64,000 nucleotides of DNA from Nitrospirota bacterium (GTDB taxonomy: Bacteria; Nitrospirota; Thermodesulfovibrionia; Thermodesulfovibrionales; Dissulfurispiraceae): assembly GCA_963790025.1 (NCBI GenBank), contig CAWBMP010000004.1:1312001-1376000 (forward strand). Reading direction: 5' to 3'. Below the pieces are notes generated by a model. That model searched no databases. It had not been told where the DNA came from and saw only the letters and a program-made list of their open reading frames with translations. Of this stretch, positions 38,765 to 47,907 are shown piece by piece. The position numbers and the translations under genes were made by a program. The first letter of the stretch is position 1; each line of letters begins with the position of its first letter.

Positions 38765-40227
38765 ACAGCCTAGTAATAGCGGGCACACATAGCGGCTGCG
38801 GCAAAACAACCGTAACCCTTGGGCTTCTCGCTGCACTCAAAAAAAAGGGGTTGGAGGTCCAGCCGTTCAAGGCAGGGCCTGATTTCATAGATACAGGGCT
38901 TCACCGCCTCATTACCGGCAGGCCTTCAAGAAACCTGGACCTGTGGATGTGTGGGGAAAAAGCCGTGTTTGAGTGCTTCAAAACGCACACGGCCCATGCT
39001 GACATAGCTGTTATCGAAGGAGTCATGGGGATGTATGACGGAGATTTCAGCACCGCAGATCTGGCGTCCATTCTAGGTCTGCCTACAGTCCTTGTTGTCG
39101 ACGCATACGGAATGGCGGAAAGTGCCGGGGCGATTGTCAGAGGCTTTGCCTCTTCCGCGCTGCTTGCCGGCGTTATTTTCAACCGCGTGGCGTCGGATAC
39201 CCACTATGAAAGACTTAAAAGCAGTGTCCGCGATGTCCCAGTTTTAGGATATCTGCCAAGGGACCTGGATTTCGAGATGCCGCATCGTCATCTTGGTCTC
39301 GTCGTTGCCGAGGAAATACCCATCGGCGCGGATCGTATCGACAAGCTTGCAGATACTGTATTAAGTCATATCGATATCAATGCAGTTGTTTCGCTATGTC
39401 AGCAGTGTAATGAAGGATGTGTCTCTGTAGCGAATCGCGGAGTCTTGCAAACAGTTCTCGGCGAAGAGAGCGTTAAACAGTCGCAATGTTTGAGCTCGCA
39501 GAGCGAGTTTTGCGACTGTAGCGAACGAGCCGTTAGAACTGTCAAGACGGAGCGTCTGAGCGTAAGAGACATATCCTTCATTACACCACCGCACGTTCTA
39601 AAACTGGCGGTTGCTTATGACAAGGCGTTCTGTTTTTATTATGTAGATAATCTGGACCTCCTCAGGGAGGCCGGAGCCGAAATTGTTTTCTTCAGCCCTC
39701 TTTCCGACCATCAGGTCCCTGCAGACTCGGATGCCCTCTATATAGGGGGCGGATATCCGGAATTATACGCTGAAGCTCTTTCCGGCAACTCCTCTATGCT
39801 TGCTTCCGTAAATGCCTGGGCCAGTTCAGGCAAGCCGGTCTATGCCGAATGCGGCGGCCTCATGTATCTTTCAAAAGGCATCCATGATTTCGATGATAAC
39901 TTTTTTAGAATGGCAGGAGTATTCCCTTTTAAGACACAAATGAGGAAAGGGAGGTCACATCTGGGATACAGGGAAATAATGCTCGAAAAAGACTGTATTC
40001 TTGGTAAAAAAGGGGACAGGCTCAGGGGACATGAATTCCACTATTCGGAGATCGTTGATAGCGCTTTAGCCCTTAATCGTATATATTCAGTCTGCGACAA
40101 GTTCGGCCAGGAGCTTCCGGACGAAGGCTACCTGTTTAAAAATACTCTTGCAAGTTATGTTCACCTTCACTTTGCAGGCAACAGGCCAGTTGCAGAAAGT
40201 TTTATAACACACTTAAAGGAGAAATAA
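38761..40227 (+). CDS. cbiA: Cobyrinate a,c-diamide synthase carrying an in-frame ~61-aa element insertion
   Basis: 'SGCGKTT', 'FKAGPDFID', 'EGVMG', 'GGGYPE', 'AECGG' and 'GHEFHYS', with extra sequence in the interdomain linker. Confidence 0.95.
   Translation: MNSLVIAGTHSGCGKTTVTLGLLAALKKKGLEVQPFKAGPDFIDTGLHRLITGRPSRNLDLWMCGEKAVFECFKTHTAHADIAVIEGVMGMYDGDFSTADLASILGLPTVLVVDAYGMAESAGAIVRGFASSALLAGVIFNRVASDTHYERLKSSVRDVPVLGYLPRDLDFEMPHRHLGLVVAEEIPIGADRIDKLADTVLSHIDINAVVSLCQQCNEGCVSVANRGVLQTVLGEESVKQSQCLSSQSEFCDCSERAVRTVKTERLSVRDISFITPPHVLKLAVAYDKAFCFYYVDNLDLLREAGAEIVFFSPLSDHQVPADSDALYIGGGYPELYAEALSGNSSMLASVNAWASSGKPVYAECGGLMYLSKGIHDFDDNFFRMAGVFPFKTQMRKGRSHLGYREIMLEKDCILGKKGDRLRGHEFHYSEIVDSALALNRIYSVCDKFGQELPDEGYLFKNTLASYVHLHFAGNRPVAESFITHLKEK
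39404..39586 (+). mobile_element. Palindromic MITE-like element inside cbiA
   Basis: Termini AGTGTAATGAAGGATGTGTCTCT ... AGAGACATATCCTTCATTACAC, with internal homology to 41347-41536 in the opposite orientation. Confidence 0.9.
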
Positions 40228-40234
40228 CCCCGGT

Positions 40235-41299
40235 ATGGATGAGAGCATTATACTTATAGGCCATGGCAGCCCGAGAAAAGACGCAAACAACCTCGAACTA
40301 ATAGCGACAATGCTGCACAGCATGCTTCACCCAGGATGCAGCAGCGAGTGCGTAACGTCTTCCTATCTTCAATTCGCAGAGCCCGATATTATGAAGACCA
40401 TTAAGGGCAGCATAGAGAGCGGCGCAAAGAGGATTATCCTTCACCCCTTCTTTCTGAATGCCGGGATGCACGTTACCAAAGATATTCCCGAATTGATCAA
40501 AGAGGCCGGGGAGTTGTTCCCAGGCGTGGAATTTATTTACACGGAGCCGCTCGGCATACACGAAAAACTGGTCCAGATAGTTATGGAGCGCATCAGCTCA
40601 GCATCGGTCTGTTCCCGAAAAGGCACAGACTTTTCAGCGTTAGACAGCAAATTGGCCCCTGAAGAGATAGAAAGAAAGAGTTTTGAAATACTCTCGGAGG
40701 AACACGACTTGAGCAGTGTTCCGTACGATCAGCTTCCGATAATCCAGCGGGTCATCCATGCTACTGCCGATTTCGAATTCAAAGAAACACTTGTCTTTCA
40801 TCCTGATGCGGTTGCTGCCGGTATCAAGGCGATAAGAGAAGGTAAAAACATTCTTACTGATGTCGAGATGGTCAGGACCGGTATCAACAAACGGCTTCTT
40901 GACCGATGGGGGGGCAAGGTTGTTTGCGCCATTGCGGATGAACACGTGGCCCGTGAATCAAAAGAAACAGGCAGAACGCGTGCTGAAATTGCCATTGAGA
41001 AAAGAATCGGTGAGAACGTCGGAATCATCGCTGTCGGCAATGCTCCGACCGCCCTTTTGCGTGTTATAGAACTCCTCAGGGACACTTGCTGCTCATCGAC
41101 GGCCCCTTATAATTGCCATGGGGCGCCTCTGGTAATCGGCGTGCCGGTGGGTTTTGTGAAGGCGTTCGAGTCAAAAGCCATACTTGCAGGACAGGAGTTC
41201 CCGTTTATAACAAATCTGAGCAGAAAAGGCGGGACACCCGTTGCTGTAGCGATTGTGAATGCACTGCTCAAGATGGCTTCGGAGGGGAGTACAGAATGA
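40235..41299 (+). CDS. cbiC: CbiX (cobaltochelatase)-CbiC (precorrin-8X methylmutase) fusion
   Basis: N-terminal 'IGHGSP...PFFLNAGMHVTKDIP...PLGIH', then 'IERKSF...RVIHATAD...GNAPTAL...PVGFV...KGG'. Confidence 0.92.
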   Translation: MDESIILIGHGSPRKDANNLELIATMLHSMLHPGCSSECVTSSYLQFAEPDIMKTIKGSIESGAKRIILHPFFLNAGMHVTKDIPELIKEAGELFPGVEFIYTEPLGIHEKLVQIVMERISSASVCSRKGTDFSALDSKLAPEEIERKSFEILSEEHDLSSVPYDQLPIIQRVIHATADFEFKETLVFHPDAVAAGIKAIREGKNILTDVEMVRTGINKRLLDRWGGKVVCAIADEHVARESKETGRTRAEIAIEKRIGENVGIIAVGNAPTALLRVIELLRDTCCSSTAPYNCHGAPLVIGVPVGFVKAFESKAILAGQEFPFITNLSRKGGTPVAVAIVNALLKMASEGSTE

Positions 41300-41838
41300 T
41301 ACGGAGAAACGGCGACACTGGAACACGGCAAATCTGCAAATCATACAGTGTAATGAAGGCTGTGTCCCTTCCGCTCAGGCGCTCCGTCTTGACAGTTCTA
41401 ACGGCTCATTCGCTACAGTCGCAAAACTCAACTACTACCGCAAAAAATCTTCGATATTTTCGGGGACCCCTGACTTCGCCGAGAACTATTTGCATGACTC
41501 CTCGATTCGCTCCAGAGAAACATCCTTCATTACACTTATTGTGTTGCAGTTTGCTGTTTCTTTTACTGCTTACTTATTACTGTTTACTGCCTGCTCCTGT
41601 TTCTGCCTCCGATAAATGGCAAGGGGTTGATGAATCGGTTGTCGAGAAATACGCCAAAGAGCATGGCAGAGAAGCGGTTAAACCATTGATCAACATTGAA
41701 CAGGGAGACCTCCCCCTCTTTTTGTTTCTCCTTGCAGGGACCGCTGGAGGATTTGCAGCAGGATATTACTGGAGAAAACTTACTGAACCAGGTGACGGGA
41801 ATAAAACAAAAGGGGCAAAGGAGGGTCCCCAAAAGTAA
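41296..41838 (+). CDS. CbiN-like small membrane component of the cobalt ECF transporter; N-terminus contains the element
   Basis: C-terminal 'WQGVDESVVEK...GDLPLFLFLLAGTAGGFAAGYYWR'. The ATG at 41296 overlaps the cbiC stop (ATGA), and cbiQ/cbiO follow. Confidence 0.65.
   Translation: MIRRNGDTGTRQICKSYSVMKAVSLPLRRSVLTVLTAHSLQSQNSTTTAKNLRYFRGPLTSPRTICMTPRFAPEKHPSLHLLCCSLLFLLLLTYYCLLPAPVSASDKWQGVDESVVEKYAKEHGREAVKPLINIEQGDLPLFLFLLAGTAGGFAAGYYWRKLTEPGDGNKTKGAKEGPQK
41347..41536 (-). mobile_element. Palindromic MITE-like element, inverted relative to the cbiA copy
   Basis: AGTGTAATGAAGGCTGTGTC ... GAAACATCCTTCATTACACT, 190 bp. Confidence 0.9.
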
Positions 41839-42599
41839 TGGGAATGGAACATTTCTCCGAACATTTCAAGAAGCTTCACCTATTGACCGGTATCGATGCA
41901 CGGGTAAAATTTATCGTTGCCATTGCTGTTTTGATAATGATTATAAGCTATAATGGATTTGTTTTCCCTTTGATAGTAGTGGGTTTGAATATTGGACTGT
42001 GCATGAAAATGAGAGTGCCTTTCAAGGCCTTCATGCTCAGGTTGTCGGAGCCCCTCGTTATCATCTTAGTTCTCACACTGCTCAAATGTCTGTTCTCCGG
42101 GAAGGAGGCGCTTTTTTCTCTTTCGCTCTTTGGTTTGTCCGTAACCGGACATAAAGACGGACTCATTGATGGACTTATGATTGCAGTAAGGGTCCTCGGT
42201 TCGGTTTCAGTAATTGCAGTGCTCGGCTTCTCCACGCCTTTTACTGAGCTGATGTCGGGACTTTCATGGATGAGGATGCCGAAGGGGTTTATCGAGATAT
42301 TGATGTTCGCATACCGGTATATCTTTGTGCTTCTGGAGGATGCGATGGTGATCTATGATGCGCAAAAGAACCGCCTCGGCTATTGCAGCGTCCGGCGTGG
42401 CTTGAGCTCGTTCGGCACGCTTGCCGGTTCCCTTATGCTCAAGGCATTCGATCACAGCCAGAATACCACGACCGCAATGGTACAGAGGGGATATGACGGC
42501 AATATCCCGATGCTGAAGCATAAGCCGTTCAAGCCCTCGGAGGTCATAGCCTCGGCTATTTTCATCATCGCCATGGGATGCATATGGACCATCAGGTAA
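41838..42599 (+). CDS. cbiQ: Cobalt ECF transporter T component
   Basis: 'IDARVK', 'TPFTELM', 'YRYIFVL', 'RLGY' and 'AMVQRGY'. Confidence 0.9.
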   Translation: MGMEHFSEHFKKLHLLTGIDARVKFIVAIAVLIMIISYNGFVFPLIVVGLNIGLCMKMRVPFKAFMLRLSEPLVIILVLTLLKCLFSGKEALFSLSLFGLSVTGHKDGLIDGLMIAVRVLGSVSVIAVLGFSTPFTELMSGLSWMRMPKGFIEILMFAYRYIFVLLEDAMVIYDAQKNRLGYCSVRRGLSSFGTLAGSLMLKAFDHSQNTTTAMVQRGYDGNIPMLKHKPFKPSEVIASAIFIIAMGCIWTIR

Positions 42600-43444
42600 G
42601 ACTCGCTGTCAATGTAAGATCCTTTCATTATCCTGACCGCACGCAGGCAATGCACGATATCAGCCTTAAAGTGGAAAGAGGGGAATTCACGGGCATACTC
42701 GGGTCAAACGGTTCAGGAAAGACTACTCTGCTCAAGATTATGGATGGCCTTTTAAAGGATTTCGACGGATCGGTACACCTCGACGGCAGAAACATCGGGA
42801 AATTATCGCCGAAAGATATCTATAAGAAAGTAGGTCTTTTTTTCCAGAATCCGGATGACCAGCTCTTTGCTCCTACTGTTTACGAGGATGTTGCCTTCGG
42901 TCCTGTCAATATGGGATTCCCCGAACATGAAGTAGCCGCCAGAATCAGCGCCGCCCTGCATGACGTGGAAATGGAGGGGTACGCTAAAAAATCCATTCAC
43001 GCGTTGAGTTTCGGACAGAAAAAACGCATATGCATTGCCGGGCTGCTTGCAATGGGACACGAAGTGTTGCTGCTTGATGAGCCGACAGCCGGACTCGATC
43101 CGATGGGAGAATACAAGATGATGAATCTCCTGACAAGGCTGAACAAAGACAGGGGAGTTACTATTGTCATGGCAACGCACAGCGTTGATTTGGTGCCTCT
43201 CTTCCTTCACACGCTTTATATTTTGAGCAGTGGAACTATTATAAGGGGCGGTGTTCCCGAGGAGGTTTTCAATACCCCCGAGGACATGGCTAAAATCAAG
43301 CTCAGGCTGCCTCAGGTTGCTGAGCTAATTTACCGCCTGAAGCACGAAGATAAGGTCCCGTTCGGGAAGGTCCCTCTAACCATAGGCGAGGCACGGAGAG
43401 AAATAATAAAAACAAGCAAGAACTGGGAAGCAGGAAATGCGTAA
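42578..43444 (+). CDS. cbiO: Cobalt ECF transporter ATPase
   Basis: GSNGSGKT, 'FQNPDDQLF', 'LSFGQKKR' and 'LDEPTAGLDP'. Confidence 0.93.
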   Translation: MHMDHQVRLAVNVRSFHYPDRTQAMHDISLKVERGEFTGILGSNGSGKTTLLKIMDGLLKDFDGSVHLDGRNIGKLSPKDIYKKVGLFFQNPDDQLFAPTVYEDVAFGPVNMGFPEHEVAARISAALHDVEMEGYAKKSIHALSFGQKKRICIAGLLAMGHEVLLLDEPTAGLDPMGEYKMMNLLTRLNKDRGVTIVMATHSVDLVPLFLHTLYILSSGTIIRGGVPEEVFNTPEDMAKIKLRLPQVAELIYRLKHEDKVPFGKVPLTIGEARREIIKTSKNWEAGNA

Positions 43445-43958
43445 GGGGTACATCCAGGTATATACAGGTAACAGCAAAGGCAAGACCACTGCTGCATTGG
43501 GTCTGGCCTTGAGGGCTGCAGGCGCCGGCCACAGAGTATTTATAGCTCAATTCATAAAACAGCGCCGCTGCAGCGAACATAAGGCACTGGAGGACCGGTT
43601 CAGCGACATCATTACTTTCGAGCAATACGGCAAAGGCTTTATACGGGGGGCGCAGCCTGGAAAATCCGATATCGAAGCTGCCGAAAAAGGAGTCAAAGAG
43701 GTAAAGAATATTATTGCGTCGAAACAGTATGATGTCGTCATACTCGATGAAATCAATATCGCCGTCCACTACGGACTTGTAAGCATTGACGAACTCATCG
43801 AAATAATGGAAAAAAAACCTGTGGAAGTCGAGTTGGTACTGACAGGAAGGTATGCCGACAGCAGGATTATTGAGAAGGCGGACCTTGTCACGGAAATGAA
43901 GGAGATCAAGCATTATTCCAGCCGTGGGGTGAAGGCGAGAGCAGGCATAGAATGCTGA
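43437..43958 (+). CDS. cobO: Cob(I)yrinic acid a,c-diamide adenosyltransferase (CobO/BtuR)
   Basis: 'YTGNSKGKTTAALG', 'ILDEI', 'LTGR' and 'ARAGIE'. Confidence 0.95.
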   Translation: MRKGYIQVYTGNSKGKTTAALGLALRAAGAGHRVFIAQFIKQRRCSEHKALEDRFSDIITFEQYGKGFIRGAQPGKSDIEAAEKGVKEVKNIIASKQYDVVILDEINIAVHYGLVSIDELIEIMEKKPVEVELVLTGRYADSRIIEKADLVTEMKEIKHYSSRGVKARAGIEC

Positions 43959-45115
43959 GGAAAAGACTCCGTTCCGGATACACGACTGGCGCCTGCGCCG
44001 CTGCCGCCGCAAAAGCCGCAACTTTACTCATAATGCGCAATGCGTTTAGCGTGAAGAATGAGGCCCCTATCACGGCCATTGAGATTCCCTTCCCTGACGG
44101 CAGCAGAGTGAGTTTTGAAATCCATGGATCAGGGCTGAGAAATGACGGGCAGATTGCGTGGTCATCTGTAATTAAGGATGCCGGCGACGACCCCGATGTG
44201 ACAAACGGCGCCGAAATAATAGCGGAAGCACGCTTCATTTCTTTTTCTCCGTGTTCCCGTGTCCCCGCCTCATCGCGTCTTATGATAACGGGCGGCAAAG
44301 GCGTCGGCGTTATTACCAAGCCCGGCCTTCCTGTTGGGATAGGGGAACCTGCCATCAATCCCGTGCCGAGGAGGATGATAGGTGAGGCAGTGATGGAAGC
44401 CTTATCTTCAGGAGGGGAATCCCCGGGGCTTGAAATAACCATCTCCGTTACTCGTGGGGAAGAACTCGCAAAAAAAACTCTGAATTCCAGGCTGGGCATT
44501 ACCGGCGGTATTTCGATCCTCGGCACTACGGGTATTGTACGCCCGATATCCGCAGACGCATGGACAGCCACGATATCCGCATCAATGGATGTTGCAAAGG
44601 CTATGGGTTGCGGCAGTATCGTGCTTTCCTCAGGCAGGGCGTCCGAGAAGGCGCATATGAAAAAATTTGCCTTTCCGGAAGAATCATACGTTATGATGGG
44701 CGACTACCTTGAATTTGCCCTGCTCGATGCGGTACGGCACGGCTTCGACTCTATTCACCTGTGTGCCCAGTGGGCTAAAATGCTCAAGATCGCTATGGCT
44801 AAGCCCCGCAAAGTTGCCGACTTTGTGGGATATACAACCCATGTGCGGCACGGCGCGATTGCAATGAAAGAGGCCGTGGAGTTGCTGCGGTCTATGGGGG
44901 CCGAAATTCCTGCCAAGACCCCGGATGGACGAGAATTCAATACCGCCAGAGAGATTTTCGACTTTATAGCCTCATCGTGCATCACCCGTCATCCATCATT
45001 GTTATCGGATGTCTGCGCCGGGGCAAAAAAATACTCTGAAACAATTTCATCGGGAATCCCGGTGACAGCCCACCTTGTGTCTTATGGGGGTGATATAATT
45101 GCAAACAGTGAATAA
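43952..45115 (+). CDS. cbiD: Cobalt-precorrin-5B C1-methyltransferase
   Basis: 'LRSGYTTGACAAAA', 'KDAGDDPDVT', 'AINPVPR' and 'GGISILGTTG'. Confidence 0.96.
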   Translation: MLRKRLRSGYTTGACAAAAAKAATLLIMRNAFSVKNEAPITAIEIPFPDGSRVSFEIHGSGLRNDGQIAWSSVIKDAGDDPDVTNGAEIIAEARFISFSPCSRVPASSRLMITGGKGVGVITKPGLPVGIGEPAINPVPRRMIGEAVMEALSSGGESPGLEITISVTRGEELAKKTLNSRLGITGGISILGTTGIVRPISADAWTATISASMDVAKAMGCGSIVLSSGRASEKAHMKKFAFPEESYVMMGDYLEFALLDAVRHGFDSIHLCAQWAKMLKIAMAKPRKVADFVGYTTHVRHGAIAMKEAVELLRSMGAEIPAKTPDGREFNTAREIFDFIASSCITRHPSLLSDVCAGAKKYSETISSGIPVTAHLVSYGGDIIANSE

Positions 45116-46394
45116 ATTCTACGTTATAGGCATCGGCTATAAGCCCTTTGATAAAAAGACACATGAGCTTATTTTAAGCTCCGACGTAATTCTTACGTCC
45201 AAGAGGCTTTTTGAAGTCTTTCAGAGATATGAAGAGTTCCACGCTGTAGAAGATAAGGTCATCGTGCTGAACAAAATAAATGACACAATTGAGTTCATCC
45301 GCAACAACTTTAAGACGAAAAAAGTGGTCCTGATGGCCTCTGGAGACCCGCTGTTTTCGGGTATCGGCAGAAGGGCTGTTGACGAGTTCGGGGAAAATGC
45401 CGTAGAGATAATTCCGGATTTATCAAGCATTCAGATCGCGTTCTCACGGATAAAAGAGCCGTGGGATGACGCATTTTTTATTAGCCTGCACGGAGGGCCA
45501 GATCCGACAAAGAGGAGACGTTTGCCTTATGAGATGCAAGACATTCCTTTTTTACTTGAGCGGCATAATAAAATCGCCGTCCTGACGGACATAGAAAACA
45601 ATCCGACAGAGATAGCCAAAGTCCTCAGCCTCTCGCCTATTTCTTGTAGCCTCTTGCCAATACTTTACGTCTGCGAAAGGCTCGGCTATGAAGATGAAAA
45701 AATCACACAAGGGTCACCTGAAGAGATTGCAGCTATATCATTTTCCGGCCCTAATGTCGTTATCATTCTAAGTTCGCAATCAACGGCTCCCGGCCTTATG
45801 CCTTCAAACACAACTTTCGGATTGATAGAAGATGAAATATCACATTCACGAGGGCTTATTACAAAAGATGAGGTCCGGGCAGTTACCATCCACAAATTAA
45901 AGCTGCCGGGAAAAGGCGTATTGTGGGACATAGGTGCAGGCTCGGGCTCCGTATCGATAGAAGCAGCACGGCTGTTTCCGGGATTAAAGGTATTTGCCAT
46001 CGAGAAGAACAAAGAGCAGATAGCCAATATAAGAAAAAACAAGATCATGTTTGAAGCTTCAAATATTGAGATTATAGAGGGCGTTGCGCCGGATGCCTTA
46101 AAAGAGCTCCCTATTCCTGACAGGGTGTTTATAGGAGGCAGCGGCGGCTCACTCCAGGACATAATACGCCATATAAGCGGAACAAATATCTCCGGGACCT
46201 GTGGAATTATTGTGCTGAATATTACTAAAATAGATGCTTTACACTTTGCATCCGGGACGCTAAAGACAGAGGGATATGTTACAGATATCTCCCAGATATC
46301 GGTCGCAAGGGCGCGGGCCATCGGGGAGGGGACGTACCTGTCAGCCCTGAACCCGGTCTTCATAATAAGAGGTGAAATGAGGCATAACGAATAA
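45099..46394 (+). CDS. cbiET: Fused precorrin-6B C5,C15-methyltransferase CbiE-CbiT
   Basis: 'ASGDPLFSGIG', 'SLHG', 'ITKDEVR', 'WDIGAGSGSV' and 'FIGGSGG'. Confidence 0.93.
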   Translation: MQTVNKFYVIGIGYKPFDKKTHELILSSDVILTSKRLFEVFQRYEEFHAVEDKVIVLNKINDTIEFIRNNFKTKKVVLMASGDPLFSGIGRRAVDEFGENAVEIIPDLSSIQIAFSRIKEPWDDAFFISLHGGPDPTKRRRLPYEMQDIPFLLERHNKIAVLTDIENNPTEIAKVLSLSPISCSLLPILYVCERLGYEDEKITQGSPEEIAAISFSGPNVVIILSSQSTAPGLMPSNTTFGLIEDEISHSRGLITKDEVRAVTIHKLKLPGKGVLWDIGAGSGSVSIEAARLFPGLKVFAIEKNKEQIANIRKNKIMFEASNIEIIEGVAPDALKELPIPDRVFIGGSGGSLQDIIRHISGTNISGTCGIIVLNITKIDALHFASGTLKTEGYVTDISQISVARARAIGEGTYLSALNPVFIIRGEMRHNE

Positions 46395-47110
46395 TGACCG
46401 GCACTCTTTTTGTCATAGGAGTGGGACCCGGGGACCCGGAACTACTGACGCTGAAGGCGGTCAGGATACTGCGTACCGTAAATTGCATCTGCGTTCCCAA
46501 GGGCAGGGAAGAGGGCAGCAGCATGGCATTGGATATTGTAAAAAAAGTCATTGACATAGACAACAAGGAGATAATCGAGGCGCACTTCCCGATGCGGAAA
46601 ACAAAGGCCTCAGGCTACGCCGGCGAGCTGGATACAAAGTGGAATGAGACTGTGAAAACCGTTCTGGGCATCCTCAACAAAGGGACTGATATGGCATTCA
46701 TTACTATAGGGGACCCCTCGATTTACAGCACTTTTTTCTATCTCTATGACCGTCTGCTTGAACTTAATCCTTCACTTCCTGTCGAGACGATTCCCGGCAT
46801 ATCGTCGATTACGGCTTCAGCGGCAAGGGCAAAGATATCCCTTGGGCTGGCTGATGAAAAAATCGCCATACTCCCTGCAACCTATGCACACGATATGAGC
46901 ACGGTGCTCGATCACTTTGATACTGTAATACTCATGAAGGTCCATAAAGTATTTGACAAGGTCCTTGCCGAGCTGGATGCGGCAGGGCTTACAAATAAAT
47001 CTTTTTTCATCTCGAGGGCCGGAATGACTGACGAAATGGTGGTGCGCGATATCGGCTCTTTGAGGGGCAAAGAACTTAACTATTTTTCGATGGTAATTGT
47101 TAAAAAATGA
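46394..47110 (+). CDS. cbiL: Cobalt-precorrin-2 C20-methyltransferase
   Basis: 'GVGPGDPELLTLKA', 'FPM', 'GDPSIYSTF' and 'YFS'. Confidence 0.92.
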   Translation: MTGTLFVIGVGPGDPELLTLKAVRILRTVNCICVPKGREEGSSMALDIVKKVIDIDNKEIIEAHFPMRKTKASGYAGELDTKWNETVKTVLGILNKGTDMAFITIGDPSIYSTFFYLYDRLLELNPSLPVETIPGISSITASAARAKISLGLADEKIAILPATYAHDMSTVLDHFDTVILMKVHKVFDKVLAELDAAGLTNKSFFISRAGMTDEMVVRDIGSLRGKELNYFSMVIVKK

Positions 47111-47907
47111 ACAGTAATGATATGCGGCTATTGAAACAATGGTTTTACGGTTATTGCGCCTCTTTCCATACATCCGATGATAAAGAGACGCAGAACTTCA
47201 TACTTAAAGAGAAGCACACTGAAAAAGTCTGCGCATATATTATTGAAATAGCCCGGGATGAATCGCTCGACCCAGCTGATGTAAAGCTTGCAGAAGCAGT
47301 TGCGCTTTTTCACGATGTCGGGAGGTTCCCGCAGTATGCAAAATACAAGACATTCAGGGACCGTGATTCTATAAACCATGGGGAACTTGGGGCCTCTGTG
47401 CTTTCAGATTCGGGAATTCTTAAAAACATACCGGTGCGGGAGCGGGAAATAATTACTTCGTCGGTCAAATTCCATAACGCCTTTAGGATGCCCGATTTGG
47501 GACACAGCGACAGTCTCTTCTTTTTGAGACTGGTCCGCGATGCCGATAAGCTGGACATATGGCGTATTTTTTTTGAATATTTCACTCAGCAAGCCTTTGA
47601 GGAAAGACCATCTGCCGTAACACTCGGCTTTGCAGATACACCCGAATATTCAAAGAAAGTGGTTGACTGCATCCTTAACAGGCATCTGGTTTCGCTCGCA
47701 ATGCTCGATACGCTCAATGATTTGAAACTTACTCTGTTATCATGGGTGTACGATCTCAATTTCAGTTCCTCTTTCAGGTTAGCCGTTGAAGGTAACTATG
47801 TAGACAGGATTGCAGCGACTTTGCCGCAGACGGACGAGATCAAACATGCAGTCGCCTCTATGCATGAATATATCCGACTCAGACTGGAAGAGGGAAACAA
47901 TGGCTAA
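47107..47907 (+). CDS. HD-domain metal-dependent phosphohydrolase
   Basis: 'KEKHT', 'LFHDVGRF', 'NHG', 'FHN' and 'RDADKLD'. Confidence 0.88.
   Translation: MNSNDMRLLKQWFYGYCASFHTSDDKETQNFILKEKHTEKVCAYIIEIARDESLDPADVKLAEAVALFHDVGRFPQYAKYKTFRDRDSINHGELGASVLSDSGILKNIPVREREIITSSVKFHNAFRMPDLGHSDSLFFLRLVRDADKLDIWRIFFEYFTQQAFEERPSAVTLGFADTPEYSKKVVDCILNRHLVSLAMLDTLNDLKLTLLSWVYDLNFSSSFRLAVEGNYVDRIAATLPQTDEIKHAVASMHEYIRLRLEEGNNG

Noticed and set aside
41113..41295. 5' extension of the 241-aa ORF in the track
   Set aside because: It overlaps cbiC out of frame. The ATG at 41296 with the ATGA overlap is the more plausible start.
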